Shown here piece after piece: positions 18,141-26,456 of a stretch of 34,563 nucleotides of DNA (positions within the stretch are counted from its first letter, which is position 1; every line of letters starts with the position of its first letter). Where the stretch lies: IMG/VR virus record IMGVR_UViG_3300020369_000012, positions 1 to 34,563 of that record; one strand, written 5' to 3'. A program made the position numbers and the translations under genes. The notes under the pieces are model-generated. The model searched no databases and was not told the origin of the DNA. It worked only from the letters and a program-made list of their open reading frames with translations. This DNA comes from a virus. Its lineage: Duplodnaviria; Caudoviricetes.

Positions 18141-19891
18141 AGTGAACGGACTCCTCGGGTCTCGTAGACAGAAGGGCCGTCAGATTCATCCTCTCGGATC
18201 GTGAGGCCGGTGGCCATGATCGACGCCACGATGCCGTCAACCCGGCCAGTGGCCTTGTCTTTGGCCACCTTGCGGTTGCCCGCAGGGTCACTGGTTGTTA
18301 CCGCGTTGGCAGCGTTCCAGGTCAGCACCGGGTTGCCGTTATGCTTGACCAGCTCATTCACCAGACGAATCTCAAACTCATCAAGCGCCGGCCCCATGTC
18401 CTTGAAGCCCTGACCAAACGGCACTAGCGGAGGCAGGCTGCAGCCCTCCTCATCAATCAGCATCTTGAGGTCTTCGATCCGCCAGCGGTCGTAACCGATG
18501 CCCTGCAGGTCGAACTGATCAGCCACCTCAACCAGCTTGTGAATCACATGCAGCTTGTTGATCGCCTTGCCGGGCGTGGTCAGCAGCCAGCCCTGATCCT
18601 TCCAGGCCAGATAAGGCACCCGGTCGCGCTCGGCTTTTTCGTAAAGCCCATCCTCGGGCAGCCAGAAGAACGGCAGGATGCGCCAGACCGGATCGCTCTC
18701 GGTCGGCTCAAAGGTCAGCACCAGGGAGGTCAGATCCTGCGTACTGGACAAGTCCAGCCCACCCCAGCAGCGACGGCCCAGCAGCTGCTCGATAGCAACC
18801 GGCTCCTGCGCGGCCTCCCAAGGCTCGCGCCCAATCCAAGGGCTGGCCGACTCGACCCACTGGCAGAAGTTCAGGCGGCGGACGGTGGCAACCTTGCTCG
18901 GCATACCCTTCGCTTCGGTGACCTGCTCTCGCAGGTACTTGAGGCCAGGAATCCCATCCATCAGGCTGGGGTTCACCTTGTACCAGCAGGCCTCATCCTT
19001 GAACGGGTCGTCACCGTCATCCAGATCACAGATATACGCAAAGAAGCTGTCATCGAAGTGGCCGTCGTTTGGGCCTGCGCCGGCAGCCCCAGCACGACAG
19101 ATCCGCGTGCCGTACTCGTGATACTCCCAGCACACACTGTGCTTGTCGGTACCGCTGTTGGTGATCATCAGGATCAAAGCCTGACGGCGGGACTTGGTAC
19201 CCGCTCGCATCATGCCAACCACGGTGCCGTTCTTATGCTCGTGGATCTCATCGAGCAGAGCGATGTGCGGGCGCGGGCCTGACTGCCCGTCATCAGCACT
19301 CACCGGGCGGAAGAAGCTGGCCGACTCATGGTGCGCCAGGTTCCACTCACGCCCCGGTGCGCCTGACTTGTCGATCCGGCAGGCCAGCAACGGCGACTGA
19401 TCAACCATCGCCACCGCATCCCGAAACAAGATCTGCGCTTGGTCCTTTTTGGTCGCAGCCGCATAAACCTCGGCGCGCGGCTCACCATCAGAGGTCAGCC
19501 CATAGAGCCCAATACCCGCAGCCAGCGGGGACTTGCCAGAGCCCTTGGCCGTTTCGATGTAGCCGGTACGAAAGCGCCGGAAACCATCCGGGCCTTTCCA
19601 CCCAAACAGCGAACCAATAACGAAAGCCTGCCAACCCAGCACGCGGAAAGGCTTACCCTCAAACTCACCGCCGTTGAGCCGCAGCACGTCCTGAAAGTAC
19701 CCAATGGCGTGGTTGGCTGCATCCAAGTCCCAGCGCAGGCCACGCTTCGGGCCTAGCTCCAGATCCTTCAGGTGCCGGCGGCAGGCATTGCGAACCGCAG
19801 GCCCCGCCACCACCTGACCCGAGTCGACCGCTCGGGCAAACGCCGAGCAAGGGTCAGCCGAAGTACTTCGCTGCTGCGTCCTTTTGCTCAT
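18137..19891 (-). CDS. terL: Terminase large subunit
   Basis: Walker A AKGSGKS, Walker B LLDEIHEH, nuclease GGLDLSS and RVDGIVA. Confidence 0.95.
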   Translation of the reverse strand: MSKRTQQRSTSADPCSAFARAVDSGQVVAGPAVRNACRRHLKDLELGPKRGLRWDLDAANHAIGYFQDVLRLNGGEFEGKPFRVLGWQAFVIGSLFGWKGPDGFRRFRTGYIETAKGSGKSPLAAGIGLYGLTSDGEPRAEVYAAATKKDQAQILFRDAVAMVDQSPLLACRIDKSGAPGREWNLAHHESASFFRPVSADDGQSGPRPHIALLDEIHEHKNGTVVGMMRAGTKSRRQALILMITNSGTDKHSVCWEYHEYGTRICRAGAAGAGPNDGHFDDSFFAYICDLDDGDDPFKDEACWYKVNPSLMDGIPGLKYLREQVTEAKGMPSKVATVRRLNFCQWVESASPWIGREPWEAAQEPVAIEQLLGRRCWGGLDLSSTQDLTSLVLTFEPTESDPVWRILPFFWLPEDGLYEKAERDRVPYLAWKDQGWLLTTPGKAINKLHVIHKLVEVADQFDLQGIGYDRWRIEDLKMLIDEEGCSLPPLVPFGQGFKDMGPALDEFEIRLVNELVKHNGNPVLTWNAANAVTTSDPAGNRKVAKDKATGRVDGIVASIMATGLTIREDESDGPSVYETRGVRSL

Positions 19892-20381
19892 TGGGGAATA
19901 ACTCACCTTGCGGCGGCGCAGTCACTCGCAAGTTACGCCGCGCCATCGGGGAAAAGCCGAACTGCGCGCCAGCCGCATTCGCGCGTTTTTCCGCATCATT
20001 GCGCAGCTGTCGCCAGACACTGATCTGCTTGGCACCGGTGGAGAAGGTCTGCACGTCGCCGCTGCCGCGCATGGCGGCGTTGCGCTCGGCAATCAGACCG
20101 GAGAATGTGCGGTAGTCCGCGACCGCTTCGCAGTACGAAGTCAGCGCCATCATGTCCAGCGTGGCCACCAGGCCAAGGGTCATCAGATCCGGCAGCACCC
20201 GATCCCACTCCTCAGCCGCGAACGGCGTCAGCCAATCAGGCTTGGGCGGGGCACCAACCGGCACCGCAGGTGCATCAAGCGCGTCGTGCAGCGCAGCTTT
20301 GCTTTTGCGGCCCGGATTGCCGTTGATCACATGGACGATAGCCGGCTTGCCGGTACGCCCGGAGTTCGCGTTTCCGGCCAT
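19854..20381 (-). CDS. terS: Terminase small subunit, P27 family
   Basis: GNPGRK, PDWL..AAEEW and FGFSPMAR motifs. Confidence 0.9.
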   Translation of the reverse strand: MAGNANSGRTGKPAIVHVINGNPGRKSKAALHDALDAPAVPVGAPPKPDWLTPFAAEEWDRVLPDLMTLGLVATLDMMALTSYCEAVADYRTFSGLIAERNAAMRGSGDVQTFSTGAKQISVWRQLRNDAEKRANAAGAQFGFSPMARRNLRVTAPPQGELFPNEQKDAAAKYFG

Positions 20382-20399
20382 AAATCACCTCAGATTTCA

Positions 20400-20523
20400 C
20401 ACAGGAGCGCATCCCTCAGCGATACCCCCCCTACCCATTTTTCGCGCTCTTGCAAACGAGGTTCCCCCCGTCGTTCGAGAGTGCGTTGGTTGGGGACTTT
20501 TGGGTGCCCCCCACCCTGCCGCG
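20400..20523. other. Probable cos packaging region
   Basis: Non-coding gap with G-runs between HNH and terS, the usual cos position in HK97-like phages; exact cut site not determined. Confidence 0.5.
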
Positions 20524-20892
20524 TCACTGGTTCCAGTGGTGGCTGGCGTTGTGCGGAATGCCATCGGCCGAGCACCCAGGCTCGCCGGACTTCTCGACCC
20601 GCTGCTTGTAGCTGTCGTGGCATGGTTTGCAGAGTGATTGCCAGTTCTTCCGATCCCAGAACAGCTTGCGGGCAGCGGCGATAGCAACCTTGCAACCACT
20701 GGCCAGTGCATGACCAAGCCGATGCGGCACCTTGTGGTCGACCACGCTTGCTGGCGTCACCCGGCCATGCCGCTTGCACTCCGCACACAGCGGATGCTCG
20801 CCCAGCCACACCAGCCGCGCCTTCTGCCATCGGTAGTCGTAACCCTTGGCCGCGCTGCTGGTGATCTTACTGGTCTTGGCCTGCTCGCCCAT
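20524..20892 (-). CDS. Terminase-associated HNH endonuclease
   Basis: HPLCAEC, VVDHKVPH, NWQSLCKPCH. Confidence 0.9.
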   Translation of the reverse strand: MGEQAKTSKITSSAAKGYDYRWQKARLVWLGEHPLCAECKRHGRVTPASVVDHKVPHRLGHALASGCKVAIAAARKLFWDRKNWQSLCKPCHDSYKQRVEKSGEPGCSADGIPHNASHHWNQ

Positions 20893-20902
20893 TGCCTGGC
20901 AC

Positions 20903-21238
20903 CTAACATACCCCAGCCCGCTTAGCGGCCCAGCGCTCGAACAGGCTGCTCGCCACATCACCGCCCAGCATGGCCGAGAAGATACACAGCGCCGCGCTCA
21001 GGTACGGGTGCACCGCCAGGGCGAAAGCAGCCATGAATACCGCAATGCCAACCAGCCCGGCAGCACCGAAGCGCATGCCGATACGGGCAGCGATCTGCCG
21101 CCAGCTCAGCTCGATCAGCGCGGACGCCCGCAGCATCTCGCCGCTCAGACCCGAAGCCAGGGCCAGCAGGATCGCCATCCACAACGGGATCTCGGCAATC
21201 GCCTTGCCGATGGGTGCAGGGTTGCTCGGATCAGACAT
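20903..21238 (-). CDS. Holin (pyocin-locus/AlpB-like type)
   Basis: Three TM segments, SGEMLRA and FERWAAKRAGV motifs; first late gene. Confidence 0.8.
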   Translation of the reverse strand: MSDPSNPAPIGKAIAEIPLWMAILLALASGLSGEMLRASALIELSWRQIAARIGMRFGAAGLVGIAVFMAAFALAVHPYLSAALCIFSAMLGGDVASSLFERWAAKRAGVC

Positions 21239-21260
21239 GCGGCCTCCAGCGCGTTAGAAT

Positions 21261-21286
21261 AAAAAACCCCAGCCGGCTGACTGGGG
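21261..21286 (-). terminator. Late-leader terminator 2
   Basis: Minus strand CCCCAGTC-AGCC-GGCTGGGGTTTTTT. Confidence 0.75.
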
Positions 21287-21360
21287 AAGAAGCCCAGCGG
21301 GCTCCGATGGTAGGTGGCGCTGTTCCGTGGCAGGGTGACCACCCGCCGAGCGCCAGAAAC

Positions 21361-21386
21361 AAAAAACCCGGCGCGGTGGCCGGGTT
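21361..21386 (-). terminator. Late-leader terminator 1
   Basis: Minus strand AACCCGGC-CACCGC-GCCGGGTTTTTT. Confidence 0.75.
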
Positions 21387-21428
21387 GTGCTGCATCCCAT
21401 CGGGACGCACGAATACAAAGATGACACC

Positions 21429-21457
21429 TTTGTACCCTTCCATTGACATGGCAGCAA
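21429..21457 (-). promoter_or_regulatory. Putative late promoter
   Basis: TTGCTG-17 nt-TACAAA upstream of two terminators and the holin. Confidence 0.5.
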
Positions 21458-21547
21458 GTGAGACTTAACGCCATCGGCCAATAACCCCAAAAAGCACCAG
21501 AAAAAACCCGGAAACATCGGAGCAACACACACCGGCTTTAACTGCTG

Positions 21548-21807
21548 CGTCCTGCCTTGCAACTCTGCGCCCGATTGTTGGACGCTGTAACCTACTGATA
21601 TTTATATAAATGTCTGACTGTCTAACTATAAATATAATTATTGCGCGTAGGGGAGCGCGTGCGCGTAAGCGCGACCGTGTGCAGGTGTATGCACATGCGG
21701 GGAAGCTGGGGAGGAAGTAGGACAGCAGGACAAACCCAGCAACGGCGCTGCATAGCGCTGACCCACCGGGCAAAAGCCCGGCAGGACAAACGCGATGCAG
21801 TTGGACG
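21548..21807. repeat. Putative replication origin with 8-bp iterons
   Basis: Eight GY(A/T/C)RGACR octamers in both orientations around an AT-rich core (21597-21642) and an alternating purine-pyrimidine tract. Confidence 0.55.
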
Positions 21808-21819
21808 GGTTAAGACGCA

Positions 21820-22194
21820 TCAGGCTGCCAGCCTCTCGTGCAGGGCCGCCCTGATGTGCTCGTGTGCTGTATCCAGCGCACGGTAATAGGTGCGCACACA
21901 CCCATAACCAAGCTCTCGTGCGTTGCCAGTGTAGCGGCCCGGATACAGCAGGTAGTGGTGCTGAACCACTCGCTGCAGGTCATAGCGCAGCATACTAACC
22001 ACCAACTCGGTCACAGGGAAGCGCGGATCACCCTGATAGCTGCCCCGCCGGGTTGACGGGATAACCACCCCCTTGGAATCAATGGCCGCCGCCAGGCTGC
22101 ACTTCACGGCCTGCGGCCCCACAGCCTCACCGCGCAGCAGACGCCGGTGCTCCTCTGCCCACTCGTGCAGTAGCTCGTCAATGGCATCGATCAA
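21820..22194 (-). CDS. Putative late-gene regulator/antiterminator (PA0613-like)
   Basis: IDELLHEWA N-terminus and C-terminal HTH (RELGYGCVRTYYRALDTAHEHI); Q-gene position. Confidence 0.65.
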   Translation of the reverse strand: MIDAIDELLHEWAEEHRRLLRGEAVGPQAVKCSLAAAIDSKGVVIPSTRRGSYQGDPRFPVTELVVSMLRYDLQRVVQHHYLLYPGRYTGNARELGYGCVRTYYRALDTAHEHIRAALHERLAA

Positions 22195-24425
22195 AACGGC
22201 TCCTCCTTCTTCCGCTCCGCCGCTGCTGCATCAGCAACTGCCGCAGCAGCACGCCAACTGGCTGGCTTGGCATAGCCCCAAGGTCTGCGCCCGCTGCGCC
22301 CTGGCGTGCTCAGCCGCTTACGCCGCCAGCCAAGCCGGTGCATGATGTGGCCAACGCGCATCTGCTCCGGCCTGCCCCAGTGCCCAAGATCCAGCCCCAG
22401 CGCATCGCGGAAGATCTGATCCCCGGTTACCACATCATGCCGCTCTGGCTGCTCCAGCCAGTCCTGAATGGGGTACTCCCACACGTCGACCATGTAGCGT
22501 GCATCCTGCTGCTCGGCAAACTCCTCGGCCTCATGCTTCTCAACCCACCAGCGCTCGCCAGCACGGTACCGGGCAAGCGCCTCGGCCCACAGCTGGTCGC
22601 GTATTTCTCTGAGCAAGGGAATATCCACCGAGGTACACAGCACCGGCCAGTAGCGACGGTTGCCGGTGGTATCTTTGAGGTATTCGTCCTGGTTGGTGGT
22701 GCCCGCGAAAACACACTGGCGTGGCACGTCGACAGTACGCCGGCCATAGCTCTGACGGTAAGTATCCACAAACGCCGAGAAGAACTGCTTGGCCTTGGTG
22801 CTCTCGGCCTTGTTGAAGCTGTCCAGTTCGCCCAGCTCGATGATCCACTTACCCCGAATCGTCTGATACGCCTCTTTGTCACCGAGACTGAATGGCGAAT
22901 CCATGAACCACGGCCCACCCAGGACAGACAGCGCAGTAGACTTACCCTCACCCTGCCCGCCTTCCAAGATCAGCACGCTATCCGCCTTGCAGCCGGGCTC
23001 CATCACCCGCGCCACAGCACTGATCATCCAGCGCGCAGCAACCTTCAGAGAGTACGGCGTCACCTCAACCCCCATTGCTGTGTGCAGCCAGAAGTCCAAC
23101 CGGCTCTGCCGATCCCACTCCAGCCCCTCCAGGTACTCACGCACCGGGTGCCAGGCGTTGTGCGCGGCAACCACCGCAACAGCTTCCACCACAGCAGTGG
23201 ATCGCACGCGCAGGTTGTACTGCTCGGCCAGCCAGCTGACCACGCACACATCATCCAGATCGCTCCACTCGCCAGCGTCACCACCATAGGGCGGAGTGCG
23301 ACGCTTCATGATCTTGCTGCTGAATGAGTTGAAGGCGATCACGCCCTGCCAGCGCTCATCGTTGCCCAGAATCAGCTGCACGTTGTGCATGTGCGGGTGC
23401 AGCGCCCCGCTTTCGGCCCGCTGCAGCTTGTCCTTCCAGCCGCCTGCTGCTGCAGGGCGCACCACAGCCATCACCTGCCGGTTCACCTCATCCAGCCCGG
23501 CCGACTGCTGCAGATCGTTGAAGTCGGTCTCTTTATCGCCCCGCTCACCGATCCAGCGCGGCACAACGCATTGACCACCAAGGATGGCCGCCGCCTTCTC
23601 AGCCTTTTCAACGCCCGGATTCCACGGGTCGCCCTTGGCGTTGGTGGTTTTCCAGTCATCATCAGCGCAGAACAGCAGCTGCCGCCCGGGGAACAGCTCA
23701 CGCATGACCTTACCAACCGGCAGCAGGTTGCCCGCATCAAAGCAGATAGCCGTGGCCAGGCCGGTGGCCGTGTGCAGTGTCGCGCCAGTGGCATAGCCCT
23801 CGGCAATCAGAATGGTGTCACCCGGCTCTGGGTGCGGGCCGATCAGGTGATACGCACCTTCTTTGGCCACACCATACGGCCAATACGTCTTGTCGCGCCC
23901 AAGCTTCTCCTGCACCTCGGGGTAGATCACCTGCAGGCCAACAATCTTGCCCTTTGCGTTGCGCATTGGCACCAGGCAGGCGCCTGATTTAGGTGCATAT
24001 CGCACGCCATAGCCCACGATATTCTTGCGCTGCAGGTACGCGCTCTGGCCCTTGGTTGGCATGCGCTCAAACATGCCGGCGGCGCGCTTGGCAGCACGAG
24101 ATGCTGCCCGCTCCTGCGCCTCGGCCTGCTTGGCCTTGGCCTGCTCGACGCGCGCCTTCATCAGCTGCCGGTCTTCGTCGGTCAGTTTCACGCCACGCGG
24201 CTTGATCTTCTGGGTTTCACCATAACGCCAGCAGCCGAATGAGCCGAAGATGATCGTCTCACCGCTGTCGGTGCGCTCATCGTATGCGACATACCAGCCG
24301 GTCTTATTACCCGGCTTGTCGTCTTTCATCTTCACCCGGGTCAACTTGCCAAACACCAGCTTGTCACCCACCACCATGTCATACGCCTCAAGCTGCGCAA
24401 TAACGTCGCTCAGCACCTTATCCAC
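22191..24425 (-). CDS. Primase (TOPRIM)-helicase (VapE family) replication protein
   Basis: IAEGYATG, FDAGNL, CADDD, DFNDL; Walker A GGQGEGKST; GTTN..YLKDTTGNRRYWP. Confidence 0.9.
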   Translation of the reverse strand: MDKVLSDVIAQLEAYDMVVGDKLVFGKLTRVKMKDDKPGNKTGWYVAYDERTDSGETIIFGSFGCWRYGETQKIKPRGVKLTDEDRQLMKARVEQAKAKQAEAQERAASRAAKRAAGMFERMPTKGQSAYLQRKNIVGYGVRYAPKSGACLVPMRNAKGKIVGLQVIYPEVQEKLGRDKTYWPYGVAKEGAYHLIGPHPEPGDTILIAEGYATGATLHTATGLATAICFDAGNLLPVGKVMRELFPGRQLLFCADDDWKTTNAKGDPWNPGVEKAEKAAAILGGQCVVPRWIGERGDKETDFNDLQQSAGLDEVNRQVMAVVRPAAAGGWKDKLQRAESGALHPHMHNVQLILGNDERWQGVIAFNSFSSKIMKRRTPPYGGDAGEWSDLDDVCVVSWLAEQYNLRVRSTAVVEAVAVVAAHNAWHPVREYLEGLEWDRQSRLDFWLHTAMGVEVTPYSLKVAARWMISAVARVMEPGCKADSVLILEGGQGEGKSTALSVLGGPWFMDSPFSLGDKEAYQTIRGKWIIELGELDSFNKAESTKAKQFFSAFVDTYRQSYGRRTVDVPRQCVFAGTTNQDEYLKDTTGNRRYWPVLCTSVDIPLLREIRDQLWAEALARYRAGERWWVEKHEAEEFAEQQDARYMVDVWEYPIQDWLEQPERHDVVTGDQIFRDALGLDLGHWGRPEQMRVGHIMHRLGWRRKRLSTPGRSGRRPWGYAKPASWRAAAAVADAAAAERKKEEPF

Positions 24426-24654
24426 GGCGCACCCCCAACTCAGCGAGCGCAGCATCCAGGTGCACAAGCTCAGCACCAGCCGGCACTCCGGCCAGCACAG
24501 CTGAATCGTTCGTTAGCATCAACGCCCCGCGAGTGATGGGCTCGCCCACCGCCCATGCATCAACCACCTGCGAGCAGCCAAAATGAGCCCGCAGGCGCTC
24601 GGCATTGGAGGTCTTGCCCTTTCCCTGTTCCGCATAGATGATGATTGTTCTCAT
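24418..24654 (-). CDS. Small protein with Walker A-like motif
   Basis: IIIYAEQGKGKTS; SD GAGGTG; overlaps primase start. Confidence 0.7.
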   Translation of the reverse strand: MRTIIIYAEQGKGKTSNAERLRAHFGCSQVVDAWAVGEPITRGALMLTNDSAVLAGVPAGAELVHLDAALAELGVRRG

Positions 24655-24677
24655 TGTTTCACCTCAAGGAGCTGACT

Positions 24678-25010
24678 ATGTTGCACGGAGAGCTGCGTCT
24701 CACCCACTTCCCCTACTGCCTCCAACGCCAGGAGGACGGGCGCTATGTGTTGCTGAATCGCAACTACAAACCGGTCGGTTTTTTCACTGGCGAGTGGATC
24801 ACCTACGGGGACTACCCCATCGGCGTTAAGGTCAAAGGCCTGACCGCCGCTGTTGCGGCCAGACTCGACTACCAGGGACGCGAGGATCTGGACAGGATCT
24901 ATCTGTACAACGATGGATGCGTGCCGACTGCCAGTGACGCCAACATGCAGCAATACCTCAAGCGCCTCGGCATTCTGATGAGCCTGCGAACAGACGAGGA
25001 AGAGCGCTAA
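24678..25010 (+). CDS. Hypothetical protein encoded antisense to the early right operon
   Basis: SD AAGGAG before ATG 24678; globular-looking sequence (PYCLQRQEDGRYVLLNRNYKPVGF). Confidence 0.75.
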   Translation: MLHGELRLTHFPYCLQRQEDGRYVLLNRNYKPVGFFTGEWITYGDYPIGVKVKGLTAAVAARLDYQGREDLDRIYLYNDGCVPTASDANMQQYLKRLGILMSLRTDEEER

Positions 25011-25011
25011 C

Positions 25012-25227
25012 CTAGCCACGGCGCACCTCCCGTTTCTGATAATCCACTTGGCACGGCATGCAGCGCTTGCACCCCGGAGCAGCTGCGCGCCGCGCCTCGG
25101 GAATGTCCTCACCGCAATCAATGCAGATAGTCAGGGATGGCCCTGCAGGGGTAGATGGGCGGGCAGCTAGTTGAGCCTCAAGCCACTCGGTTTGGTAATC
25201 AGTCGCGCGGTCGACGGTATCAGTCAT
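25012..25227 (-). CDS. TraR/DksA C4 zinc-finger protein (PtrB-like)
   Basis: DTVDRA and CIDCGEDIPEARR...CKRCMPCQ. Confidence 0.9.
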   Translation of the reverse strand: MTDTVDRATDYQTEWLEAQLAARPSTPAGPSLTICIDCGEDIPEARRAAAPGCKRCMPCQVDYQKREVRRG

Positions 25228-25747
25228 TAGATGCGCCCTCCGCCTCACGCTCCAGCACTCGCTCCAGCAGCATCATCGCTGCCATCGAGCGCCGCAGCTG
25301 CAGCTTGCACCGGGCCAACTCTTGCTGATCAATCCGGCCATCATTGGCCAAGCTGGCAGACACCTCACGCATCAGTAGGGACTGCTTGTCCAACGCCCCA
25401 CTGGTTGCGTTCAGCACCGAGCTGACCGACTGAGAGCCAATGCTTTGGCCCTCGGTCAGCTCCCGTAGATCAATCCAGCAGGCATCGCCAAACGCCTCAC
25501 AGATCGAATCCAGAATGCGGCCGTCGCGGGTGGCGTTGGTCACCTCTTCAATGTCGTCTGGGTTGGCAGCGTGCGTTGGCTGGGTCGGGCTCAGCTTGTG
25601 CTGCAGGGTGGACGCACTGCGCCCGAAGATCGCGGCGATTGCCGCTGCACCGCCGGGGTAGTCCCGGCTGGCGTGATACAAGGCCAAACGCAGAGGCAAA
25701 ACCTCGCGCTTGGCCCGTTCCGTACAACTCATGGCGGCTCGGCTCAT
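25220..25747 (-). CDS. CII-like phage regulatory protein
   Basis: DYPGGAAAIA, TLQHKLSPT, DGRIDQQE motifs; position after cro. Confidence 0.8.
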   Translation of the reverse strand: MSRAAMSCTERAKREVLPLRLALYHASRDYPGGAAAIAAIFGRSASTLQHKLSPTQPTHAANPDDIEEVTNATRDGRILDSICEAFGDACWIDLRELTEGQSIGSQSVSSVLNATSGALDKQSLLMREVSASLANDGRIDQQELARCKLQLRRSMAAMMLLERVLEREAEGASND

Positions 25748-25766
25748 GGCATTAGCTCCGTAACTC

Positions 25767-25799
25767 TGCCGTGCCACGCCACAACCGTTTTGCTACAGT
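25767..25799 (+). promoter_or_regulatory. PRE-like promoter (antisense to cro, pointing to cI)
   Basis: GTGCCA(25771-76)-17 nt-TACAGT(25794-99) with extended -10 TG; TGCC/CGCC tetramers flank the -35 as CII boxes do in lambda. Confidence 0.55.
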
Positions 25800-25805
25800 T
25801 GCACC

Positions 25806-26118
25806 GTGAGCACTGCTGTGGTGGTCACAAGTAGGGGCGGTCTTTGGTGGAAAGCCCCTGCACCGGGAGCCAGGCGCTTACATGCACCCGGCTCCCAAAA
25901 CAGCCAGCAACTCTGTGGTGGAGAGGCTGGCAAACCCGGCATCCGTGCCGGGCAAAGCGTGCGATAGGCGGTAAAGCTCTGTGGTGCCGCCTGTCACACA
26001 TGCAGCGGGGAAAAGACTGTGGTGGTCACCCCTGCTGCACCCAACGGCCGATCACTCTGTGGTGGAGAGACTGGCAAGCCCTGCGAAAGCAGGACGGTGA
26101 TAGCCGGGCTAGCCCGGC
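25806..26118 (+). ncRNA. Candidate structured ncRNA: array of ~10 hairpins, six with TGGTG(G) seeds
   Basis: Back-to-back stems; CTGTGGTG(G) at 25816, 25913, 25979, 26017, 26057 and TTTGGTGG at 25843; UCCG and GAAA tetraloops on + strand. Strand is inferred. Confidence 0.65.
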
Positions 26119-26124
26119 AGTCAT

Positions 26125-26352
26125 TCAAGCCGCCTGAGGCTGGTCTGCCTCTGGCGGGAAAACGTCATCCAGTGTGCAGGCACCACAATGCCGAGAAAGC
26201 ACCCCGACAATTGCGCGAGACTCGGCCAGCCCAGGCACACGCCGGCCAGACTCATAGTTACTCCAGCGCCCCTGCGACCAACCAAGCTCATCAGCCAAGA
26301 CAAGCTGACTCACTTTGGCCGCACGCCGAATTTCAGATATTCGATTGCCCAT
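26125..26352 (-). CDS. cro: Cro-like HTH repressor
   Basis: SQLVLADELGWSQGRWSNYESGRR; divergent from cI. Confidence 0.9.
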   Translation of the reverse strand: MGNRISEIRRAAKVSQLVLADELGWSQGRWSNYESGRRVPGLAESRAIVGVLSRHCGACTLDDVFPPEADQPQAA

Positions 26353-26380
26353 GCTGCCTCCTCAAATGGGATCTGACGCA

Positions 26381-26450
26381 AACATAACGACGAATCGTTG
26401 TTTTTGCAAGACGTTTAGTTGTCATTAAAGTTAACGATGCGTGATATTTT
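26381..26450. promoter_or_regulatory. OR region: pR (minus), PRM-like (plus) and operators
   Basis: Minus TTGCAA-17-TATGTT (26409-26381); 18-bp imperfect palindromes ATAACGACGAATCGTTGT (26384-26401) and AAGACGTTTAGTTGTCAT (26408-26425); no SD before cI, suggesting a leaderless mRNA. Confidence 0.65.
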
Positions 26451-26456
26451 TGACCC

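Noticed and set aside
23186-23199. 14-nt inverted match (CCACCACAGCAGTG) to array hairpin H1 inside the primase gene
   Set aside because: Single mid-gene match with no hairpin context and wrong orientation for a + strand antisense RNA; plausible by chance
25806-26118. CRISPR array
   Set aside because: Repeats are short (8-24 nt), irregularly spaced and embedded in varied stems; no cas genes
25806-26118. RsmY/RsmZ-type sponge RNA
   Set aside because: Only three of six seeds are followed by GGA and none fits ANGGA; the conserved element is TGGTG
25844-26137. 97-aa ORF over the hairpin array
   Set aside because: TTG start, odd composition with repeated LWW from the seeds; better explained by RNA structure
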